A stretch of DNA of 64,000 bases from Perkinsela sp. CCAP 1560/9 (GCA_965644495.1 CBFFSA010000002.1:434001-498000), one strand, 5' to 3'; counted from the stretch's first letter, positions 41,451-53,376 are shown. The notes: a model not told the origin generated them from the letters alone. A program made the numbers and translations.

Positions 41451-42830
41451 TTACGGATACCAATGTGCAGCGCCGTATTCTGGCTCTCCGAGTTCTTCGA
41501 CAACAGCGCTTGCACGAAGTCGCTGCTCTGGCTGCATTCGTATAAGCCCCGTGATTACATTTGATACAGCCATCGGAACCTCCGCGAATTGTAGCACGTC
41601 GTGAAGCAAACTAGTGTTCGATGAAACCCTGTCGCTTAGGTTGTGTTCTATGTCTAGATTTTGTGCAATCTGCGGCGAGCTCGCATGAGCTGTCAACAAC
41701 GCGCGATATCTTTGTAGTAGTGCGGTGTCTGTCACTCCGTGTATGGTCGCCTTCTTGAGTGTGTGAACTGCCTCCTGATTCGATGATTCAATAGATTCTT
41801 CTTCTAATGGAGGATCTGAAGCTCCTCCTTCAAGCTCATGAAAATTTGGACGAGTTAAATCCGCTGAAGATGGAGCCATTAGATACGGAAAATGCATGCT
41901 AAAATAGGCGCGAAACGCTTGATGTGAACATATTCTCCTCCAATGTGGTCGCAAATATAATTCTGCAAGAACAATTCCTGCACTCCATAGATCTACGGAT
42001 TCATCATATGTTAAGGAAATTTCAGTATTCAATTTATCTTCTGGCCGCCTCTGAGCACAGAGTTCAGGTGCTCGGTAAAATGGTGTGCCAATAGTTGTAC
42101 ATAGCAATGATCCATCTTGTTTGTATCGTGCCAAACCCAAATCACACAGCTTGAGAACACACTGGTCAGCTATAAGAATATTAGCGGGCTTGATGTCGCG
42201 GTGAAGAACTCCGCTGTCGTGAAGATATTGAATGCCGCAAAAAAGCTGACGAGCAATATGAAGACGCACAGAGGGTGCCAATCTAGTGCCTATTTGAAGC
42301 AAAGAAATTAAATTCTTTGTACAGCGTTCAAAAATAAGGACATCTTCGAATGATTCATCGTGAAGTACTTCATGAAGTCGAGAACACGCAGGATTGTCTT
42401 GCTGACTGTCTGAGTAGTTGTGACTCAATTTATAACAAAGTTCGCCGTAACCTATTCGAGTTTCCTTCTGTATTTCTTTACTTTCAGACTTTTTACCTCG
42501 TTTTGCCCGCTTAAAATGGATAGCTGCGCGAAAAAATGATGTTTTGATCTGGGCAGCGCAAATAAAATCTACAATGTTCTTGTGCTTAAGAGTAGACAAA
42601 ATATGTATTTCACGTAATACATGCCGTGGATAACCGTATTTCAGCCATTCCAAGGATGGATCTTGACCATTGTTATGTTCGTCATTCAATGTGCGAAAGA
42701 CTTTCAGAACAACACGCTTTCCAGATCTGCTGTCCAGTGCAGCGTAGACTTGTGAATAACGTCCTTCGCCAATCGGAGCCCCAGGTTCATCTAACCTTAA
42801 GCTCATATTTTGAATTAGAATTTCTCCCAT
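41451..42830 (-). CDS. Divergent CDK-related (CRK-like) kinase
   Basis: ATG at 42830; GEGRYSQV, VVLK, GYPRHVLREI, HRDIKPAN, DLG, YRAPE and DLWSAG. Confidence 0.85.
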   Translation of the reverse strand: MGEILIQNMSLRLDEPGAPIGEGRYSQVYAALDSRSGKRVVLKVFRTLNDEHNNGQDPSLEWLKYGYPRHVLREIHILSTLKHKNIVDFICAAQIKTSFFRAAIHFKRAKRGKKSESKEIQKETRIGYGELCYKLSHNYSDSQQDNPACSRLHEVLHDESFEDVLIFERCTKNLISLLQIGTRLAPSVRLHIARQLFCGIQYLHDSGVLHRDIKPANILIADQCVLKLCDLGLARYKQDGSLLCTTIGTPFYRAPELCAQRRPEDKLNTEISLTYDESVDLWSAGIVLAELYLRPHWRRICSHQAFRAYFSMHFPYLMAPSSADLTRPNFHELEGGASDPPLEEESIESSNQEAVHTLKKATIHGVTDTALLQRYRALLTAHASSPQIAQNLDIEHNLSDRVSSNTSLLHDVLQFAEVPMAVSNVITGLIRMQPEQRLRASAVVEELGEPEYGAAHWYP

Positions 42831-43371
42831 AGGTGAGCATCCTAAGAGCACCAATCAGTTACATACGGATTCAATAGGCCAATAGTCAAAAAAGGATCGA
42901 AATAGAAAACTGATTCATCCAAATCAAAAAAAGAAATAATTGTGACTTTGCCCCCCTAATCCAACTTTATCAACTGTCACCAAAATTTCGTTATGTTTTG
43001 CTATTTAATAAATCATAATACATTCGAGGGAAGCCGAGAATGAACATTAGTAAATTAAGAGGTCGATATATTCATACATGTATTTCCATGTTGATATTTA
43101 CGTTTGAAAGAGTACTGAAGAGAGTGTATAGTATGTGAAAGAAGCAAAGTAGTACTCAAAGATAACCCGATCGATGAAAGTGAAATAAAAACATCTGCTC
43201 ACAACAGTTGCAGCATTTTGTGATTACAAATTTTTAAAAACTAGCAAACGACTGTGGCGCTCATCGTTCATGCAAAAAGTAGAACCGATTTTTTTCAATT
43301 TTTTTTTGTATGGTATGTGTTGAACAATATGGACTTGTCGCTGAACTTATTGGCATTTATTTAGTCAACGG

Positions 43372-45006
43372 TTACGCTTTCTTTTCTGACGCATCGCATA
43401 CTGCTGCTTCGGTCGTCATCATTAATGAGGATACGCTCGCTGCATCGACCAAAGCACTTTTCACTACCTTCAATGGATCTACGATTCCTGCAGCCATCAT
43501 GTCCTTCATCGTGTGCGAGACGGCGTCGTAGCCCATTGTAGGAGTCTTTTGTTCCAACACCCTCTCCACCACGACGGTACCCTCCACTCCTGCGTTGGAC
43601 GCAATCACCTTAGTAGGAAGGCGAATGGCGTTGCGCACGATTTGAATCCCGATACGACTCTCCTCGGCCAGTTTCTTATTTTTTAGCATCGCCTCCAGCT
43701 TCGGAACCGCACGCAGCAATGCGACCCCACCGCCCGGAACGATTCCCTCCTCGACCGCCGCGCGTGTGGCACACAGAGCATCCGTGATGCGATCCTTCTT
43801 CTCCGAGACCTCCATGTCCGATGCCCCGCCGACGTGGATCACCGCCACTCCTCCGCTTAGCTTAGCCAGCCGGCTCTGAATTTTCTCCTTCTTGTACTCA
43901 CTGGTCTCGACCTCCAGCAGACTCTTCAGCAGCTCCACACGGTCCTGTACGGCATCCTTGGCACCACCACCCCCGAGCAACACCGTGTTATCTTTGGTCG
44001 AGGAAACCCGGGAAACCTTCCCCAACCACGCGGGTTTGAAACTCTCCGCATCCAAACTCAGTCCCAAATCCTCCGAAACCAGTTCCGCCCCGGTCATAAT
44101 CGCAATATCCTGGAGGTAGTTCACCTTCTCATCCCCGAATGCCGGAGCCTTCACGGCACACACCTTCAGTTTCCCCACACTCTTGTTAATCACCAGAGTC
44201 GTCAGGGCCTCCCCATCAACATCCTCCGCCACAATCAACAATGGCTTCCCCGCACTCGCGACATGGTTCAACACCGGCAACAGAGTATTTAAGTTCGAAA
44301 TCTTCTTTTGATGCACCAACACGAAACAGTCCTCCAGCTCACACTTTTGTGTCTTACTCTCCGTCACGAAATGCGGTGAGATGTATCCTTTGTCAATACT
44401 CATCCCCTCCTGCACATCCACCTCGGTTTGCATCGTTCGCCCATCCTGGGTGGTAATCACCCCGGTGGGTCCGATCTTCGCCATGGCATCCGCGATGAGG
44501 TTTCCGATTTGGTTATCCCCGTTGGCACTGATGGTGGCTACACTGCGAATATCCGCGTTGGAGGTGACGGCCTTCGCCATGGTCTCGAGATGGTTCACCA
44601 CCTCCTTCACCGCGAGGTCGATGCCGCGTTTGATATCGATCGGGTTCGCCCCGGTGGAGGCGGTGCGGTAGCCCTCGGTGAAGATGGAGCTCGCGAGCAG
44701 GGTGGCGGTGGTGGTGCCATCCCCCGCGACGTCGTTGGTGGTGTTGGCGACCTGCCGCACGAGCTGTGCCCCGAGGTTTTCAAATTTATCCGAGAATTCG
44801 ACAGATTTCGCGACCGTGACCCCGTCTTTGGTGATTTTGGGGGCACCGTAGGATTGTTCAAGGAGGACATTGCGGCCGCCGGGGCCAAGAGTGACGGCGA
44901 CGGCTTTGGTGAGTTTGTCCACACCGTGGAGCATGGCCTCACGGGCTTCTTGACCAAAGAGAACGTCTTTGCCTTTGGTGGAGAGGAAGCGTTGGGTGAT
45001 GTGCAT
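43372..45006 (-). CDS. HSP60: Mitochondrial chaperonin 60
   Basis: [34 protein letters not shown] and [12 protein letters not shown]. Confidence 0.98.
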   Translation of the reverse strand: MHITQRFLSTKGKDVLFGQEAREAMLHGVDKLTKAVAVTLGPGGRNVLLEQSYGAPKITKDGVTVAKSVEFSDKFENLGAQLVRQVANTTNDVAGDGTTTATLLASSIFTEGYRTASTGANPIDIKRGIDLAVKEVVNHLETMAKAVTSNADIRSVATISANGDNQIGNLIADAMAKIGPTGVITTQDGRTMQTEVDVQEGMSIDKGYISPHFVTESKTQKCELEDCFVLVHQKKISNLNTLLPVLNHVASAGKPLLIVAEDVDGEALTTLVINKSVGKLKVCAVKAPAFGDEKVNYLQDIAIMTGAELVSEDLGLSLDAESFKPAWLGKVSRVSSTKDNTVLLGGGGAKDAVQDRVELLKSLLEVETSEYKKEKIQSRLAKLSGGVAVIHVGGASDMEVSEKKDRITDALCATRAAVEEGIVPGGGVALLRAVPKLEAMLKNKKLAEESRIGIQIVRNAIRLPTKVIASNAGVEGTVVVERVLEQKTPTMGYDAVSHTMKDMMAAGIVDPLKVVKSALVDAASVSSLMMTTEAAVCDASEKKA

Positions 45007-45309
45007 TATAGGAGTAGAAGTGGTAACTTTTTGCTAAAATGGTTTTGATAAGAAAAATTCTGCGAGTCGTCATGCGCAAGTAAATCTTCCTGTAGAGACA
45101 GTGAATACGTTACACCCAAGCTCAATATAAAGGTGTACATGTACAAATGTTGTATAAAAGTAAAACAAATCAAGCCCCAGAGTATCCTTCATGATACTCC
45201 CGAAATGACACTACGTGCTGCTCAGTCATTGCAACAAGAGTCTACAATGCAAATTACAAGAACCCCGCATCTAAGGGAGGAAATCCCACTGCCATGTAAT
45301 CTTTTCGAA

Positions 45310-45633
45310 TCACTTTTCATGGTCTAGCATTCCTTCTTCATTTTTAGGTGGCGGATGCCTCACGAAACATTTCATCAACTCAACTTTGAGAGGATAGTAG
45401 CACTGAACGTGCTTTTGGTAGAGTTCAAGTTCTTCGGGAAGTGATACCATACATTGATAGAACTTATCGTTCTGCTTAGAGCACTCGTGTGATTTATCCA
45501 GATTTGGGCGATATGGATGAAAATCATGTCGGTTTAAGATTTGGTTCACATGTTTATTTTGCAGTTCAGGTGGAAGTGGTCTTGTAAGAAAGCTTTCGTC
45601 ATTGCCAAAAAAGAATCCTTTGTACCACGACAT
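45310..45633 (-). CDS. Twin-CX9C-like (CHCH) intermembrane-space protein
   Basis: CSKQNDKFYQC and CYYPLKVELMKC (CX9C / CX10C). Confidence 0.7.
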   Translation of the reverse strand: MSWYKGFFFGNDESFLTRPLPPELQNKHVNQILNRHDFHPYRPNLDKSHECSKQNDKFYQCMVSLPEELELYQKHVQCYYPLKVELMKCFVRHPPPKNEEGMLDHEK

Positions 45634-45809
45634 GAAAAGCCAACACTGAATTCACAAGATTCGCATGATTAGGTCATAATCTATTCTAGAAAGAAATTTT
45701 ATGTCTCAATCGGTAAAATTTTGTGTATTACAGCTCAAAATTAATCATTAAAATATACTTGTACACATACATTGTATAAACATACTTCAAAGAAATGTTC
45801 GAGGGAAAT

Positions 45810-48800
45810 TCAATAGCCCTTGATTTCCAGTTCTAGCGCACGTTCACCCATTATGCTCACTAGTCGGGTGTAAGTGAAATGACCATTGCTCCACAAAATA
45901 TGTAATAGAGCTCTAATTTCACCGGAGGTGAATGACTCGGCTATGCGCTCTGTCTGCAATTTCATCCGTCGAAAAAAGAAGTGAAATTGTGGTAAACGAA
46001 AGATGCTGAGCTGTGCGGCTGCCGCAAGGACTTCAACAATATTTTCGGGGCGAGCGGCGTGATAGGCCTTCCCTGCATGAAGGAGCATCACCAGAAGAAG
46101 ATATTCGTCACAATAATGCGCATTGCTCATCGCCAATATAGTTTGGCTTATGGTAAACCATGAAAGCTTGCGAATGCGATGACTTTGGGGTGAAAGTTCA
46201 TTCTGCGGGGTACATAGCGCATCAAAAACAGCAATTCGTATTTTAGTGTACAGAGATGCATACAAGCTGGACAGCGAACTGTCATGATAGTCCTGCAGTG
46301 GACAAATGCAATGAATAAGCAGATGATATAATTGAGAAGGTTGTAATTCTAAGCAAGCTGTGTGGAGAGAAAATACAATACTCCTTTCTAGGAGTGAGTA
46401 GCGTGGAATGTGAATCAGTAGCGTAAAAAGAGCTCCTGTAGTCAACGATGTGATAGAATTCTGTTCATGCGGCTTCTCGGATTCCTGTGCGGTAGTTAAA
46501 TGATTCGAATACTTTGGTATAGCGCTAATCATTTCCTTTTCAAAAGAACATGCCCGATTGATAACAGTGCGAAAGAGTGCGTGATCTAGGATCGCCATCT
46601 CCCCACACACATTTAGAAGTGCAATACACAGTGCAGAAGATGCATTATGTGCTCGTGATATGATTTCGCGTCTTAGGAGAATTTGAAGCCGACGCAGCGT
46701 CTCGCCGTAATACAAACGTTCAGTTGAAATTCCACTGAGTATAACTCGTGTTGCCCATAAAGTTGTCTCGAGTAGCGTGTCCTCGATAAGCTCAGCCAAA
46801 CGTCGAATAGCAGAAATAACAATTTTTGTAGAGGTCAGGCTGATCGAGTCAAGACACTGCAGTAGTAGTCCGACTTCCGCCGTGGAAACTTCAGGAACAA
46901 GAGCTGCAATACGGTTTCGACAGATGAAGTATGGCTCTGGCTCAGTAAATCCGAGTGACTGTAAGCCGTTGCATACCAATAGAACTTCCTGTGGTTTCAA
47001 GTGCCGCAATATTTTCCTGTCGCATATATCAGCCAAGGATTTTTGACTTGCTTCACTCAATTGAGGTTTCACCATTGATATGCCGTGCAGACTCATTGCG
47101 AGCAGTGTACTGTTAAAAGATGGACCCAGTTGTAGCCAACGATGAAGTAACATGCGGCGCTGCTCTGGAGTAATATTTTCACTGAAATAAGTACCTAGAA
47201 GAAATAGTCCATGTGCCGTCGCTCTGCGCTCCATACTCTCTATTTTCTGTACAATGAGTGGGCAAAGATTAGACGTGATCATATCTTCACAAATTTTTGT
47301 ATCACCTCCCCCACGGAGAGTTAGAAGTGCCTGTGAAGTAACTAAACGCTGCAACCCCCTGATGTTTAAACAGGACGCATGCTTTAAAGCGTGAACTAAA
47401 AGGAAGGTTGCAAAGGGGTGAGAAGGCGAAGCACTCTCACGCATGGCAAGAGCGTATGAAAATTTTATAGCATCTTGTACTCTTATGCGCGGTTCTTTTG
47501 AAAGGGGTGACATAGTATAGCTGCGTGGTGCCTTCACAAACTTCTTCTCCAATTCGCTCAAAACGAGTTCGTAAGTGTTGTCCCACCATGAGAATTCCGT
47601 ATTCATAAGATCGTGCAGCGGCGCAAAAACCGACGTTGGAATACGGACCGTATGACTCTCTTCTTTTCGCCATTTTTGAATAAGATGGTGATATAGTAAG
47701 ACTAGCACGTCAGACGGAGTTTGGGGTATTTGTACCACTGCATGTATTGCAGTAGCAATATCGTATATTGAGACTTCGCTATTCTCAAGCATCTCGCAAA
47801 GACGTTTCAAAATATCCAATAACCCATTTCTTAATTCAAGGCGTGAGTAAAGTTTCAACAGATTTACAGCTTCACGCGGGGTTAGCGTCGAAAGGCTGTG
47901 CTCCAGAACATAAGGAACTAAAGCATGTGCCACGCGACGAAGATTTGATGTGCAAGATGGCTCACATAGAGCCATTGTTATGCAAAATTGTAGTGCTGTT
48001 GATGGTTTTACTAGGGTGTATAGCTCAGTCCCCGCATGTCCCTTAGGTAGGTATTTTACCATTCTTTGTGATACCTGCAATAGTAGTGATGTGTCTTTAG
48101 GCCGAACTCGTGTCCAGTACCACGCCATTTTTGCTGCCTCTTCTACTGTGCAACGAGGTAAAATTTTGGAAATTCTAACACGCAAGACTTGTGAGAATCT
48201 TCTCACACGATCCAGGTCTTTGTCATGAATTTTGCATGATTTGGGTCCGTTCTCAGTCCGTTTTACAAGTGTTGTTACAATCTCTTGACTGGAACTTATC
48301 TCCTTAGTAGCGCATGAAGAGGAAGCGTATTTCATGTTTTTGGCGTTTGATCTTTGCCTAGACAACAACAAGTGAAAATTGTACATGTAATGTAATGCAG
48401 ATAGTACCAGGGAAGGAGGGAACAGTGACAAATGTGTAAGGTAAGATTTAGTTAAATCAGCTTTCGTAGGATATCTTCGACGCATGTGCGGTAGTTCTAA
48501 AAGCATTTTTCCACAGCGTTTGAGCAACTCACTGTGAATTGATGGAGAAAAATAAAAATGTTCAGCAAGTTGGTTAAGTTCACCTTCCGTTTGTTGTAAA
48601 TCATGTGATGAGGAAAGTATCTTTAGAGCAGTTGAAGTCTGTGTTTCGGTGTCTGAGACGCTACACGTCGATGATCCAAAAGACACTACTCCAAAATCGG
48701 AGTCAATAGAACGCTTTGCCGTATGGATATTCTTAGCGGTCTCAGCGAAACACGTGCAGTATCGTCGAGCATGATTCCCAGTTAGTCTACCAATTACGTT

Positions 48801-48854
48801 ACAAACATGAACGTTGATTTTTTTCCTGGAAATGCATTTTCTGACGCAACTCAT
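45810..48854 (-). CDS. Large helical-repeat protein, possibly mitochondrial RNA-binding
   Basis: 1014 aa, Leu-rich short helical repeats, basic N-terminus; family not assigned. Confidence 0.65.
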   Translation of the reverse strand: MSCVRKCISRKKINVHVCNVIGRLTGNHARRYCTCFAETAKNIHTAKRSIDSDFGVVSFGSSTCSVSDTETQTSTALKILSSSHDLQQTEGELNQLAEHFYFSPSIHSELLKRCGKMLLELPHMRRRYPTKADLTKSYLTHLSLFPPSLVLSALHYMYNFHLLLSRQRSNAKNMKYASSSCATKEISSSQEIVTTLVKRTENGPKSCKIHDKDLDRVRRFSQVLRVRISKILPRCTVEEAAKMAWYWTRVRPKDTSLLLQVSQRMVKYLPKGHAGTELYTLVKPSTALQFCITMALCEPSCTSNLRRVAHALVPYVLEHSLSTLTPREAVNLLKLYSRLELRNGLLDILKRLCEMLENSEVSIYDIATAIHAVVQIPQTPSDVLVLLYHHLIQKWRKEESHTVRIPTSVFAPLHDLMNTEFSWWDNTYELVLSELEKKFVKAPRSYTMSPLSKEPRIRVQDAIKFSYALAMRESASPSHPFATFLLVHALKHASCLNIRGLQRLVTSQALLTLRGGGDTKICEDMITSNLCPLIVQKIESMERRATAHGLFLLGTYFSENITPEQRRMLLHRWLQLGPSFNSTLLAMSLHGISMVKPQLSEASQKSLADICDRKILRHLKPQEVLLVCNGLQSLGFTEPEPYFICRNRIAALVPEVSTAEVGLLLQCLDSISLTSTKIVISAIRRLAELIEDTLLETTLWATRVILSGISTERLYYGETLRRLQILLRREIISRAHNASSALCIALLNVCGEMAILDHALFRTVINRACSFEKEMISAIPKYSNHLTTAQESEKPHEQNSITSLTTGALFTLLIHIPRYSLLERSIVFSLHTACLELQPSQLYHLLIHCICPLQDYHDSSLSSLYASLYTKIRIAVFDALCTPQNELSPQSHRIRKLSWFTISQTILAMSNAHYCDEYLLLVMLLHAGKAYHAARPENIVEVLAAAAQLSIFRLPQFHFFFRRMKLQTERIAESFTSGEIRALLHILWSNGHFTYTRLVSIMGERALELEIKGY

Positions 48855-49337
48855 CTAAGCATTTTTGTGAAGTGGACTAGCGTAAGACTTTACAATATTC
48901 CCCTTATGGCATTAGAAAACAAAGAAACTAAAAGGTCTAGTAGTAGCTGTGATCAACGTAGTTCTTTTTAAGCGGCCTCTTCTTAAAACCCGAGCATCAT
49001 AGATACAATTTACGGATGATGCATTGCTAGAGAACGTTTTCCAAAGTGATACTCAAAAAACGATACATTATTTAATTGCAAAGGTGTTTTGGTCAATTTC
49101 TTATTATTTCTCATCTTACGTTTTGTTGTGATTAAGACACCCCCCCACAAAAAAAGCGAGTGAGGTTAAGGTAACATGTTTCTCAGTGTGGTGTTAGGTA
49201 GCAAAACTCGTTTGGTTCATCAGATACATATTGATATGACAAATGCCCCGAGAATCATCATGAATATGGTTCACATTCTATGGGTTCTATGACAGAATTG
49301 TGTAATCAATCAAGTATAAAGGTAGAGAAATTAGATG

Positions 49338-49630
49338 CTGTGATCCCTCTTTATACTTCGCTGGTCAGACCCCCCTTTGTACTTCTTTTTTCGTCTGCCC
49401 CCTCCACCCGAATGGGGGACGATTCGTTTTTTAAATTTTCGTAAATTTTCTAAAAACTTTAGAAAAAAACACAAACGCTCTACGTTTTCCCTTCTAGAAA
49501 TGTAAGGTGATATAAAAGGAAAGACAGTAAAACTTGATGAGCCTCGCCGTGAAGGGAAAAAATTCAGACCCCCCCCTTTATACTTCGTTACTGCTCAAAA
49601 TGGGGGAAGTATAAAGGGGGTGGGTCATAG
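49338..49630. mobile_element. MITE-like element, TIR core CCC(C)TTTATACTTC
   Basis: Left ctgtgatccctctttatacttc; right gaagtataaagggggtgggtcatag|ta; internal tcagacccccc(cc)tttrtacttc copies. Confidence 0.65.
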
Positions 49631-49771
49631 TACTGTATGTTGGTTATGCTCTCTGTACTCACTTTTACCTATACTTAGAGGGCTGAAACCACCTGTGTTT
49701 GCCTGGGTTCGCCTAGGTTTGCTTATTTTCTATATTGTATTAGGCTGCCCATTTTCTTAAAGTACAGTATA

Positions 49772-49870
49772 CAGGGGGGAAATTAAGTTATGTCAACAAA
49801 AGTCGTGTTAATTCCAGAAATTAACACGACTTTTGTTGACACAACTATATTTCCACAACTTATTTCCCCT
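49772..49870. mobile_element. Fold-back palindrome / mariner-like MITE
   Basis: Starts ta|cagggggg; perfect 23-bp arms tgtcaacaaaagtcgtgttaatt (49791-49813) and 49819-49841 around a 5-nt loop. Confidence 0.7.
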
Positions 49871-50109
49871 CCATCAGTGAGATGGGAGTGTCATGTAATA
49901 CCCCTGAAATTGCACTCTCGAGGTTCAAGTGAACTTCGTTTCAAGGGAAAAGAGCTAATTTTCTTATCGGTCGCATTAGTTTTTCCCCAAAAAAAGCATC
50001 TGTACAAGAATATATGAAACGCATATGAAGCGCAAAATTCTGATTCTCTTCCTCGATGGGACGCCTGATAAGGGGGTACACCCACGAAATTACCAGTAGT
50101 AATCATTTA

Positions 50110-50204
50110 GGCTCTTCGTTAAACACGGTGGTTGTTTTCAACTTAGAAGTCACTCATGCTGCGCGCTTCGCGTTGAAAACTACCACCGCGTTTAACGAAG
50201 AGCC
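50110..50204. mobile_element. 95-bp MITE with ~33-bp TIR GGCTCTTCGTTAAAC
   Basis: ta|ggctcttcgttaaacacggtggttgttttcaac ... gttgaaaactaccaccgcgtttaacgaagagcc|ta (2 mismatches); a diverged half copy lies at 25212-25244. Confidence 0.8.
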
Positions 50205-50905
50205 TAAAAAAGAAAATTCGGCCTGGAAAGCTAAAGAAAACACAAAGATTATAGCCAAAATTAGCCGATTTTTGGGTAAAAGTGGAGTGATTTTTGCGTA
50301 TTTTTGCTCTCAGACAATTGCGTGTGAAAAATCACTCGTAGGCGTGAATGAAAGCCTACCGAACGTATTGTGTAGAGAATGCGACTCCAACCACACCATT
50401 CTTTTGACATAAAAAGGCCCCTTTAGGTCCGAAAAATACTTTTTGACATTTTTTGGTCAAAAATGGGCCAGTTTGGGAGGCGCGCCAGGGCTAGAAGGGA
50501 TGTCTGGAGAAAACGACGGTGTAGAAGGCTAGTATAGGTCCCAAACTCTCAAAATACAATAGGGAAAAGAATGTTGAAAAAATATTTTTTTTACTATTTT
50601 TTTCGGCAAGTTCAATTTTTTTTTCAAAAATTTTTTTCCGAAAAAATCCGAACTTGGCGGACCCGTCCTGCGCATACGCGGGGGGGTCACCCCCAGGTAG
50701 GGGGGTGGAAAATACGCGCCAAGACCCCGGCTACCCGTTCTGCGGGTTTGTTTCGAAAAATAATTTTTTCAAAAACAATTCGTGCGGTATGCCCCTGGAG
50801 TAACCCCTGCAGTACGACACTACTGCAATTAACTCTGAAAAGCATTCCGTTTTTGTGAAGCAGCCAGAAAAGAAACAGCAAGCATATCACAAGACTCTGA
50901 GATGG

Positions 50906-51910
50906 TCACAACTTCGACAGTGCTTGTTCGCCAGGCGTGCTTGGATGCATTTGTCCGCTACCTTGTTGCTCTTGATTGAGAGAGCAAGGCAACAAACGTA
51001 ATGGCGGGCCTTTCAAATTAGATTGAGGTACCCAAAGTGTTTTCTCACTACAATTTAGGCCTTCACGTCCACTGCATGCGTTTTCTTTCGCAGCTTGCTT
51101 CTGCAAGAACGTCCCAACATTTTCCTCTATTGATGTTGCATTCCAGTTTTGCAAAAGTTCGATTCCGTGTTGTAAAGTGCAATCCTTGTGCCACGGAATC
51201 CTCGCTGGATAGTCATACGTCGGACCAGCATCTTGTTTACGAGGACAATAATCAGTGGTCACACTATACGCCGATCGTAATTTCAGAGTGCTTTCGGGAC
51301 ACGCTGGATAACTGACATTGTTTTTCTCAAGCCCTGTGTTGATAAGGGACCCATGGAAGTCGGATACAAGAACGACGTTTTTTGAGGGCTTGCCAACATA
51401 GGGTGAATTCTCGAAAAGAAGAACGTCGGTGTCCACTTTACGCCCCAGGTCATACAGAGATTTCTTGTAGTGGTAGGGTCCCTCATACCACCGACTGTCT
51501 CTGGCTATAACGTGGTCAAACAATGGGCACATACCGAACTCTCGCTCCATGTGACGTATCACCTCGCGTGCATAGGAAAGCATACCAGCCGTCCATAACA
51601 CAAGTTCGAAATTAGAGCGCGCAAAGATTAAAAATTCTCTAAGAAACGGACGGAAACCAACCACCATAGCACCTCTCATTACTGAAAACACGTTGGGAGT
51701 AGTTCTGTACGAACGGACCGGGAATTGCCCAATTAATGTCTCGTCCATGTCCAACACAAGAGTTCGAATGGGATTAACCCGTCGAACGGCACTTTCTTTG
51801 CATGCAGAGATGCGTTGCTGCACATTTTCATACGGTCGACTGTCTTTTGCTGCTATCAATGGACCGCGCAGAGGCATTCTCTGGAGGCATACACATGTGG
51901 GACAGTACAT
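50906..51910 (-). CDS. NIF/CTD small phosphatase-like HAD protein
   Basis: TLVLDMDETLI (DxDxT), RPFLREFL, FELVLWTAG and KKSLYDLGR. Confidence 0.88.
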   Translation of the reverse strand: MYCPTCVCLQRMPLRGPLIAAKDSRPYENVQQRISACKESAVRRVNPIRTLVLDMDETLIGQFPVRSYRTTPNVFSVMRGAMVVGFRPFLREFLIFARSNFELVLWTAGMLSYAREVIRHMEREFGMCPLFDHVIARDSRWYEGPYHYKKSLYDLGRKVDTDVLLFENSPYVGKPSKNVVLVSDFHGSLINTGLEKNNVSYPACPESTLKLRSAYSVTTDYCPRKQDAGPTYDYPARIPWHKDCTLQHGIELLQNWNATSIEENVGTFLQKQAAKENACSGREGLNCSEKTLWVPQSNLKGPPLRLLPCSLNQEQQGSGQMHPSTPGEQALSKL

Positions 51911-52214
51911 AATTTCCTGTACTTAAATCGTATGAATATTTTTGGTCAGATTGAACATTATTCGCTCAATCCCAACTTATTTTTTTATACAAAAGAATAC
52001 ATCAACAAAGTCTACTTCACACTACAGGTATACTCCAAAAAGTCATTACCCTTGCATTCCTCTCTCCTCGGTGCAACTCTTCAGTGTCACGTAACTTTGT
52101 ATACGCATCGAAAAAACAATCTTTGACCAAGTTGTGGGAAATAGTTTTACCGAAACAGCGGAAAATATCAATCCGCATACCAATCATGTGGACATTATTT
52201 TTTAGAACGGCCAC

Positions 52215-53039
52215 CTAATCTCGTGGGCGCTTCAAAAATTCTTCTTTTAGTTGCGCGCAAAGTGCTGGCAGAAGACCTTTTTCTCTTTCGTTCGGGAAAG
52301 CTCCGGACATCCATCGAACGTGACCGTAGTGGTCCGCCAGCATGACATAGTTCAAGCAGAAGTTACGAATATCAAATGTCGGCATAAAAGCTGGAATTAA
52401 TTTTTTTCCGTAGTAACAATTCTCACAAGGAGCCGGGAGCCGATTTCGAAGACTCTTCACCACGAACCGCTGCATCATTTGCACAGAAAACAAGTGAAAA
52501 TTATAAAGCACTACGGTGTCCACACCCTCAGAGGGAACAAGCTCCTTCCACTTCAGTGCGTGCTTCTCCCCCAGCATCGCGGGATGTACCAAGTGAATTA
52601 TCGTCGGCCGGGAGAAAGACCGAAATGACAACGAAACGCTGGGATCCGTACCGTAGGTCCTTTTGCTGCCGAATCGGTGCAACCCGTTCAGCAGCGGCAT
52701 AGGGATGCCTCGGGGGAGTAACCTCGGAGTGCCCTCCAGCAGTTTTCCATGGTTTCGTGTGAGCTCGCTCAGCGCGTGCACTTGGCGGTAGTTGAGTCGT
52801 CGCTCCAGAGCAATATCCAGTGTGTAGTCGGTCCCGTAGCGCAGAAGGCGTAGCGCCATAAGAAAATCCCGGTCGAGCCTTACGACGTCCTGCTCCAGCC
52901 CTACATCCCGGAAACGCAGAGTTTCTTTCCTATTCTTTAGGATAGTCTGCTCCAAGGCCTCTTGGCGGCGTTGTGATGCGGTAGCTTTACGATTTGTGAC
53001 ATATTTGGTATACAGTTCTCCAAGTCTTTTGGCTAGCAT
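52215..53039 (-). CDS. ATP10: ATP10-like mitochondrial ATP synthase assembly factor
   Basis: C-terminal NYVMLADHYGHVRWMSGAFPNERE resembles the ATP10 signature; presequence-like start. Confidence 0.65.
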   Translation of the reverse strand: MLAKRLGELYTKYVTNRKATASQRRQEALEQTILKNRKETLRFRDVGLEQDVVRLDRDFLMALRLLRYGTDYTLDIALERRLNYRQVHALSELTRNHGKLLEGTPRLLPRGIPMPLLNGLHRFGSKRTYGTDPSVSLSFRSFSRPTIIHLVHPAMLGEKHALKWKELVPSEGVDTVVLYNFHLFSVQMMQRFVVKSLRNRLPAPCENCYYGKKLIPAFMPTFDIRNFCLNYVMLADHYGHVRWMSGAFPNEREKGLLPALCAQLKEEFLKRPRD

Positions 53040-53376
53040 ACGGAACTGTTACTAACAAATATAGACTTTCTAATTCACAATTTGCAGAGAAACTGTTTTG
53101 TGGCCAATAATAATGGCCAATAAGAATAATTGTGGCCAATAAAAATAATTTTCGGAAGACCTTGAATTGTACCTTGAATTGAAATTGAACCCAGTGAGGT
53201 AACCAAAAAAGCTGTTTTCAGATTTAGAATTTCGCTTTTAAAACATTCCTTTTTGAGCCATTAAGAAGGTTTTCTGTATTTCACTTTTTTGAAAGCGCTT
53301 AAAAACTGCGACAGCATGCAGATCTCGAAATTATACAAGATAAAATGATCCTATCCACGTCACTGTGTACCAAAAG

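Noticed and set aside
43372-43420. HSP60 without a GGM tail as a sign of truncation
   Set aside because: The core is complete with a clean stop; tail-less paralogues are known.
53099-53190. Triple tggccaataa and cttgaattg repeats as CCAAT-box promoter
   Set aside because: More simply explained as local slippage; gene-specific Pol II promoters are not expected inside such a cluster.
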